Of a DNA stretch of 34,635 nucleotides, positions 28,710-34,635 are shown piece by piece. The stretch comes from a virus. Its lineage: Duplodnaviria > Caudoviricetes. Position 1 is the stretch's first letter, and every line of letters starts with the position of its first letter. The notes below the pieces were generated by a model. It saw only the letters and a program-made list of their open reading frames with translations, had not been told where the DNA came from and did no database searches. The DNA lies in IMG/VR virus record IMGVR_UViG_3300025849_000108, positions 1 through 34,635 of that record; one strand, written 5' to 3'. Both the position numbers and the translations under genes were made by a program.

Positions 28710-31700
28710 ATGGCAATCTTTAGGGGTCTTAATGTAGCTAAAAATATGATCGACATAGGTAATCCTGATGTCGCATTAGCTAATCTCGGGCTAAGATCAG
28801 ATAATCTAGACCTAATAAGAAATCTGAGTCAGTTGATAACTCGTGAAGAACTTCATACTTTGTCTGGTCTTGTGGATGATCAAAGAGCAATTTTAAATCA
28901 ATTAGATAATGCATCAGCCCAAGCCAAACTGGAAACAGATACAATCAAAAGAGTTGAAACTGATCAAGTGTATAACTATGATATCAATAACAAGTTGATA
29001 GCAGGCACTATTAAGTATAACTATGTTGATTTTAATGATAGTAGTAATAATTGGGTTAGTAAAGGCGCAGATATCTCCACATCTAGAGTTTCTTCTTGGT
29101 CGCCATTCGGGCCTGTAGATAATCCAGATCAATTAATAACATATAATGCTGATGTTCTTAACAAAGGAGAGTATCTTGCGCTTACAGACTTATCATTAAC
29201 TACAACACCACAAGCAAAAAGATTTTCATCCGAAGTAGCGACAAATAAGATAAGGCTTAGTATTAATGGTGAGCCGGTAGAGTTTCCTGCCATGCGGGGC
29301 ATTCCATTTAAAATTACAATAAACAGGTTGCAACCTAGTATAACTTTTTATACGACCACTCCGGCTTTAACGCTATCTAATGGCTCAAGAGTTCCATTTA
29401 CATGGGTAAGAGAATCGGTAGAAACTGGCGAAGAAATTGGACAACCTACGTCTTATACTCCACCCAGTTACGGTTACGCTAGATATTATCCAGATATTAC
29501 TGAGACAGTATCAGAAGAGCAAAATATTAAAGTTTTTTATAACCCATCTAACATTGATAAGATTTATGCTAATTATCATGGTATACCAAACTGGCCTGAA
29601 GTTACTTTAGATAATCTAACACGCCTTTATTTAGATGGGAATCAGTTGGAGTTCATACCCAATTTAGATAAGTTCACTCCTAAGTTAGAATATTTGAGCA
29701 TAAGGAAAAATCCAATATACAACTCTGTTAACCATACTAACGAGAATAACTTAAACTCTGATGGTTCAGATTTTACTGGAACAATACAGGCGAACATCGA
29801 TAGACTTCCCAGAACACTAAAATACTTAAATTTGGAAGATTCATTAAAAGGCACTTTAACACAGCCCTTGGATTTTACTCACTTACCGCTTCTTGAAACA
29901 CCAATTATTGGTTCTAGTTCAAATAATTCTTCTAGAGCCCCTCAGTTGATAGTCCCGTCAGTGATTGCTAATTTTGCTTCACCGACATTAAGATTGCAGT
30001 TTAATCCACAAGATAATAATCAGTTTAACTCTTCAACTGGTGTGATTACTATAGCTAATCATCAGCTTAATAATGGTAATCAAGTTCAATATGATGTTCG
30101 TGTTGCTGACAATGATGCTGATGCTGACACAACAGCAGGCACTCTGGGTACTGTAGTAGGTGGATTAACTGCTGAATCAAAATATGAAGTGCATTCTGTT
30201 TCTGGCAATACGTTTAAGTTGAAAGCTATAGGTGGTAGCAACATAACTTATAGTAGCACAGGTTCAGGCACTTTCCACAGTTTGGTTCTTTGGGACCCAA
30301 CCGCAAATAATAACGCAGGTGACATATACTACAATCCAAATGTTGGTCTTACTGATTGGGATGTAGGCTATGCGGAAGAAATGAAGTTTATCGATAATGC
30401 TGTTATGGATAGTAAAAGGATAGACGCATGGAGGCCTAATAGAAATCAGGGTGTAATAAGTAACTCTCTTTATAGATTTGTAGATGATACAAATTCTAAT
30501 ACTTTAGCAAAAAGTAATGCTGATAGAGAGTTTTACTTAGCAACAGACATATTGTCAAAATACGAGGCCTATTACCCAGGTAAAATGAATATACTAGACT
30601 TTAGTAAGTGGCAAGACACATTAACAACCTGTATCATATATGGTCATTACCCAGACTCAACGTACTCAGTTGCACAAAGAAGCATTACAACTGCAAAGCT
30701 AAATCCATTGAATAACGTAACAAGGTTGGAGGTTCAATATAGTGGTAATTCATCTGCGCCGCTCACTGGCGATCTCTCACTTGCCTTTGCAAATAAACCA
30801 AAATTAGACTCAATGAATTATAGGAACAACTATGGAACAACGATGCGGGTTAGTGATAACTTCTATTCTGGATCACCTAATTGCAGATATTTTAGAATAG
30901 AACAGAATGCTAGTGTTGCCTATGACCCACAAAATACGGTTAGTCACGGTAACTTTGGGCTAGATCATGATGTTCTTGGTGTGTCTGGTGTGGCTGGCGG
31001 AGATAGAACAGGAAAACTTCTTGATCCGGTTAAGAGCAAAATGGCTGTATTTCAACTACACAATATAAGATATGGATGCGCTATTAAACTCAATGATACT
31101 AGCTTTGGTGGTAGTGACCCTAGAGCCATTCAAATATCAGAATGTAATAATTTGTATAGCTTTCAAATAACGCAAAGCCATGTATTTGGTAAGATTCCAA
31201 ATTTTACTGGTCTTGCTAAATTGAGATATATATACTTCTATAACAACAAATATACTGTTTCCACTTTATCTATGAAAGAGGGAGAAGCATATAGGATGAC
31301 CGGCGCCAGATTAGATGATACGGCCGATCAGTCTCGATATACTTCTACGTCTACGTCTTACTTCTATCTTACAAATGCTGAGATGGAAGACATGGGTTGG
31401 AAGCCTGGAACCGCAACGGCCGGTACTGGAAGAAGCGATAGTGAAGTTGTGCCTTGGGGCGAAACCACTCTTCATGGCTCTACTCCTGGCGTAAATGATT
31501 GGTTTACATATACTCCACTGACTGCAAACAGTGTTGTTGAAACACAAAAATATTTTATATTAGACCCAACTGGAACAACTCAAGCACAATGGGAAACTTT
31601 AGGTCTTCCAAGTGGAACTGATGCCGCTAAGGGCGTAGTATTCACTGGTTCGTCTTCTGCTAATAGAGTGAATCTGAAGTCAGCGCAAAATGGTGTTAGC

Positions 31701-32462
31701 TACAAAATTATAAGAAGGGGTAGTAATACTAGTCACTTAACTACGATTGGTGCATCTTCGACCAATCTTGGAACAACATTTACTGCAAACAGCAGTGCCA
31801 GTAGCGGTATGCTTTCTTCTGGTGGATACTTGGAAAAAACCACACCAACCAACTACGGAACAGGCAAAGTTGTAAGATATAATGTGAAGTCATCAGCTTT
31901 TGGTGCAACTGCGTATCAGATTGAAACAGACCCCGGTAATGAAATAAATGGGCTTAATGCTTGTGAGTTTTTCAGAATATATAATAACAATATATATGGA
32001 AACTTTCCAACTCTGAAACAGAATATACCATCAGGCAAGGACAACAAGCAGTTAAGGGAATTGAAGTGTGAAAGCAATAGATTCTTCGGACCTACTCCTG
32101 ATTTAACTTATGTTGAAGACACCACAAAGCTGTATGCACGAAATAACGACTTTGATAGTCATATACCAGGCACTTTATCCACAGCCACTAAACTTACAAT
32201 TATAGATTTAAGAAATAATAAGTTACCTGCTTCGGCGGCCTTAACTATTATGAACGACTTATATCAAAACTTTTCGGACAACGATAGAGATGGCGTAGTT
32301 GTCAAACTTGAAGGTCAGGCTCCTGGCTCTGGCGTGAATAGATGTTCTTTGAAGGCTTTAGAAAATGACCCAAATGCAGACGTTGACGGCTCGCCATACA
32401 AGAAGTATCTGGCTCTAAAACAGCGTTGGACTATAACATTAGACGACACGATTACCCAATAA
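28710..32462 (+). CDS. leucine-rich-repeat-containing putative virion protein
   Basis: LxxLxLxxN repeats: NLTRLYLDGNQLEFIP, KLEYLSIRKNPI, TLKYLNLEDS, KLRYIYFYNN, QLRELKCESNRFFGPTP, KLTIIDLRNNKL. N-terminal NMIDIGNPDVALANLGL resembles the fibre motif NLSD...ARxNLGL. Confidence 0.75.
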   Translation: MAIFRGLNVAKNMIDIGNPDVALANLGLRSDNLDLIRNLSQLITREELHTLSGLVDDQRAILNQLDNASAQAKLETDTIKRVETDQVYNYDINNKLIAGTIKYNYVDFNDSSNNWVSKGADISTSRVSSWSPFGPVDNPDQLITYNADVLNKGEYLALTDLSLTTTPQAKRFSSEVATNKIRLSINGEPVEFPAMRGIPFKITINRLQPSITFYTTTPALTLSNGSRVPFTWVRESVETGEEIGQPTSYTPPSYGYARYYPDITETVSEEQNIKVFYNPSNIDKIYANYHGIPNWPEVTLDNLTRLYLDGNQLEFIPNLDKFTPKLEYLSIRKNPIYNSVNHTNENNLNSDGSDFTGTIQANIDRLPRTLKYLNLEDSLKGTLTQPLDFTHLPLLETPIIGSSSNNSSRAPQLIVPSVIANFASPTLRLQFNPQDNNQFNSSTGVITIANHQLNNGNQVQYDVRVADNDADADTTAGTLGTVVGGLTAESKYEVHSVSGNTFKLKAIGGSNITYSSTGSGTFHSLVLWDPTANNNAGDIYYNPNVGLTDWDVGYAEEMKFIDNAVMDSKRIDAWRPNRNQGVISNSLYRFVDDTNSNTLAKSNADREFYLATDILSKYEAYYPGKMNILDFSKWQDTLTTCIIYGHYPDSTYSVAQRSITTAKLNPLNNVTRLEVQYSGNSSAPLTGDLSLAFANKPKLDSMNYRNNYGTTMRVSDNFYSGSPNCRYFRIEQNASVAYDPQNTVSHGNFGLDHDVLGVSGVAGGDRTGKLLDPVKSKMAVFQLHNIRYGCAIKLNDTSFGGSDPRAIQISECNNLYSFQITQSHVFGKIPNFTGLAKLRYIYFYNNKYTVSTLSMKEGEAYRMTGARLDDTADQSRYTSTSTSYFYLTNAEMEDMGWKPGTATAGTGRSDSEVVPWGETTLHGSTPGVNDWFTYTPLTANSVVETQKYFILDPTGTTQAQWETLGLPSGTDAAKGVVFTGSSSANRVNLKSAQNGVSYKIIRRGSNTSHLTTIGASSTNLGTTFTANSSASSGMLSSGGYLEKTTPTNYGTGKVVRYNVKSSAFGATAYQIETDPGNEINGLNACEFFRIYNNNIYGNFPTLKQNIPSGKDNKQLRELKCESNRFFGPTPDLTYVEDTTKLYARNNDFDSHIPGTLSTATKLTIIDLRNNKLPASAALTIMNDLYQNFSDNDRDGVVVKLEGQAPGSGVNRCSLKALENDPNADVDGSPYKKYLALKQRWTITLDDTITQ

Positions 32463-32475
32463 GAGAGATTATTAA

Positions 32476-34635
32476 ATGGCTCAAGGATTTGTAGCAAACT
32501 CAAACTTAGTAGAAAGTTCTTCCTTTCTACAGGACAAGGGTATATTGGATAATCTGGGTGGTATTGGTATATCAGATGATATTAGACTATTTGTTGGTAA
32601 TCTTCAGCACAAGTCTAGACTGATAAACAATCCAAATGAACTTGGCGATTCTATTGCTTTTGGTGCGCTCCAAGTCACAAAAAGATATAAAATTTCTAGT
32701 CTAGGAACTGATAGAGATTGGACAGCAGTGGGTTGGGTTGCTAATCAAGACGGCCATGGCGCCGATCCTGCTCTCAATGATATATTTGTTGCTACCGCTA
32801 GTGGACAAGACGCTACCGGTAGTCTTGGGGCTGCGACAGAACTTGTAAGTGTTCGAGAGTTTGATGCGATTAATGATCCAATTGATGGATGGACTATTGT
32901 AGTTAGACCTAGAAGAGGTAGAGTTGCTTTCACACAAGGCACAAAAGTCTCTTTAGATGGTGGTACAACTTATCCATATATTATTGTTAATAGTGATGGT
33001 ATAGAAAATTTTCAAATTGCAGATGTGTCAGACTTATCTAATATATTCAGTCTCAGCAGTGGTGTTGACACTATGACCATCACCAGAAGAGATACACTCA
33101 CAATAGAAAATTTCAAAAACGCTCATATTACTCCAACTGGAACTAGTACTCTCTTAGAAACAAGAGCAGATTCTCTAGGGTTAGAGGGATTATCTCCTGA
33201 TCCATATGGTACAGTTTTAAGTGATAGCGAAGAAGATGCAGGCATATTGGCTGGCGGTATACCAGACGTACAAGCCAATATTAGTACAATCAATCAAAAG
33301 AAAACTAAAGTTATTCTAACCTACTTAAATAACAGATTCAAACAAGATAATGGTATTCGTTTTGATGGTGCTGTTAGAGTTGTTAATGAACCAAACCTAA
33401 ATGGTAAGATATTAAGCATAGGAGTAGATACTAACTTTGGCGATTTGGTTGCTGGCGCAAAATATAAAATAACATTATTGGGCGGTTCTGCTTGGTCTTC
33501 TGTTGGTGCTAACCAGGTTGTAGATGGATTGACTCAAATATCAGTTTCTTCTTCTAACTTAACGGCAGGCTCTGTATATAAAATTATAAACACCGGATAT
33601 TCTTCTTTAGGAACTAATGGTGTACTTACTTTTGCTGACACTGCTGTGAATGACTCACTTGGTCAAGAATCGATACAGCTAACAAGCGGAAGTGATCATG
33701 GTCTTCAGACTAATGATGTCGTAACATTTGCAAAAGTTTCTGGTGCAGATATATCTGGATTAGTGAATGGAGCGCAATACTTTGTTATTAGAGTTGATAC
33801 TGAAAACATAAAACTATCTGGCTCAACCGGTGGCGGTGCGATTGACTTAACAAAGTCTGGAACTCCAACTGGACAGTATACGCTAACAGCAGATATTCAG
33901 GGAGACTGGAATGCACTTGCCGGAACTTCTGGCATAACTTACGCAAACGGAAACTTCTTTACAGCAACTTCATTAAGTAATGCTAATGCGTTATCTGGCG
34001 CAATTGTATCAGATATAGTATTCGTTGCAACTGGAACTGGTGGATCAACAGTAACCACTAGTAAGGCAAAAGTTGTGGATGGAAATGGTCTGTATATCAC
34101 AAACCCAGCAAATGGTGAAGCAAAAAGAGCATTTACTGGTAAAGATAATCCGTGGAATAAAGTAGAAAGTCAAGCACTATCAATTAACAGTTCTATAACT
34201 TCTGCTTTCCAAAATGAGAGCAATGCGAACTTGCCTGGCGTTTCTGGCTCTGCGCCAAACTTAACACTAGCTTTACCAGTTCTAAAAACAACTTCTGATA
34301 CAGCACAAGCAGGTAATTTCTTGTTTGATAGACAAGATGAAACTAACTGGGGTTCATTCATTATTGGCGAAAGCTATAAAATTTCTGATTTAGGAACTAG
34401 CAGAGACTGGAGTGCTGTTTTTGGAACTACAAACTATGCTGATTTGATTATTGGTGAAAGCTATACAATTTCAACTCTTGGTTCTAATGATTGGAATGCT
34501 GTTGCAGGTACTTCTGGTACAAATTATTCAGTAGGTAATGTAGTTACTATTGTTTCTGCTCCAGTTTCGGGTGGAAGTGGTAGTGTGGGTAAAAGAGTAG
34601 TTGTAGTAGGTAGTTCATTTATTGCTACAGCAACA
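32476..34635 (+). CDS. putative virion structural protein, 3'-truncated, not in the ORF track
   Basis: ATG at 32476 after aagagag. Manual translation is open for 720 codons to the window end (MAQGFVANSNLVESSSFLQDKGILDNLGGIGISDDIRLFVGNL...VVGSSFIATAT). Confidence 0.85.
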   Translation, partial: MAQGFVANSNLVESSSFLQDKGILDNLGGIGISDDIRLFVGNLQHKSRLINNPNELGDSIAFGALQVTKRYKISSLGTDRDWTAVGWVANQDGHGADPALNDIFVATASGQDATGSLGAATELVSVREFDAINDPIDGWTIVVRPRRGRVAFTQGTKVSLDGGTTYPYIIVNSDGIENFQIADVSDLSNIFSLSSGVDTMTITRRDTLTIENFKNAHITPTGTSTLLETRADSLGLEGLSPDPYGTVLSDSEEDAGILAGGIPDVQANISTINQKKTKVILTYLNNRFKQDNGIRFDGAVRVVNEPNLNGKILSIGVDTNFGDLVAGAKYKITLLGGSAWSSVGANQVVDGLTQISVSSSNLTAGSVYKIINTGYSSLGTNGVLTFADTAVNDSLGQESIQLTSGSDHGLQTNDVVTFAKVSGADISGLVNGAQYFVIRVDTENIKLSGSTGGGAIDLTKSGTPTGQYTLTADIQGDWNALAGTSGITYANGNFFTATSLSNANALSGAIVSDIVFVATGTGGSTVTTSKAKVVDGNGLYITNPANGEAKRAFTGKDNPWNKVESQALSINSSITSAFQNESNANLPGVSGSAPNLTLALPVLKTTSDTAQAGNFLFDRQDETNWGSFIIGESYKISDLGTSRDWSAVFGTTNYADLIIGESYTISTLGSNDWNAVAGTSGTNYSVGNVVTIVSAPVSGGSGSVGKRVVVVGSSFIATAT

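Noticed and set aside
417-34361. About 35 short antisense or alternate-frame ORFs (61-143 aa) in the track
   Set aside because: All overlap long + strand genes, lack recognisable motifs, and are expected shadows of the codon bias (for example the PVT repeats opposite the GNVT repeats).
32686-34503. Similar DNA segments as a possible diversity-generating retroelement template/variable pair
   Set aside because: Mismatches are not adenine-specific, both copies are coding, indels are present, and no reverse transcriptase is in the window.
1-34635. tRNA, rRNA, intrinsic terminators, stop-codon recoding, host assignment
   Set aside because: Intergenic gaps are 33 bp or less, with no GC hairpin plus U-tract or cloverleaf. 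Genes read fully in the standard code using TAA, TAG and TGA stops. No host-diagnostic genes are present.

Overview
This is an AT-rich window (roughly 36-38% GC by eye) that is densely coded on the + strand. It comes from the virion-structural (baseplate/tail) region of a large T4-like myovirus, with the gene order typical of marine T4-like phages; the host cannot be determined from this window. Order: 5'-truncated gp6-like baseplate wedge; enlarged gp7-like wedge protein; a stand-alone YHYH-family protein whose motif reads YRYR; gp8-like wedge; a 1913-aa VrlC/DUF4815-like protein; a 62-aa ORF; a fibre with G-x-V-T repeats and a gp10/gp12-like tip; a beta-helix protein; two large paralogous virion proteins; a leucine-rich-repeat protein; and a 3'-truncated ORF missing from the ORF track (32476 to the end). 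The most striking unexplained structure is two small protein modules. Module A is about 45-55 aa, L-x-x-G-x-x-Y-x-I...G...DW...G...G-x-x-F-x-A-T, with about 15 copies. Module B is about 80 aa, H-G-[LF]...V...GL...Y-x-V...I-x-L, with about 5 copies. They are inserted in frame into 8 of the 12 genes, including the core baseplate proteins, and are repeatedly nested inside one another up to three layers deep. All homology calls come from motif recognition by eye; no searches were run.
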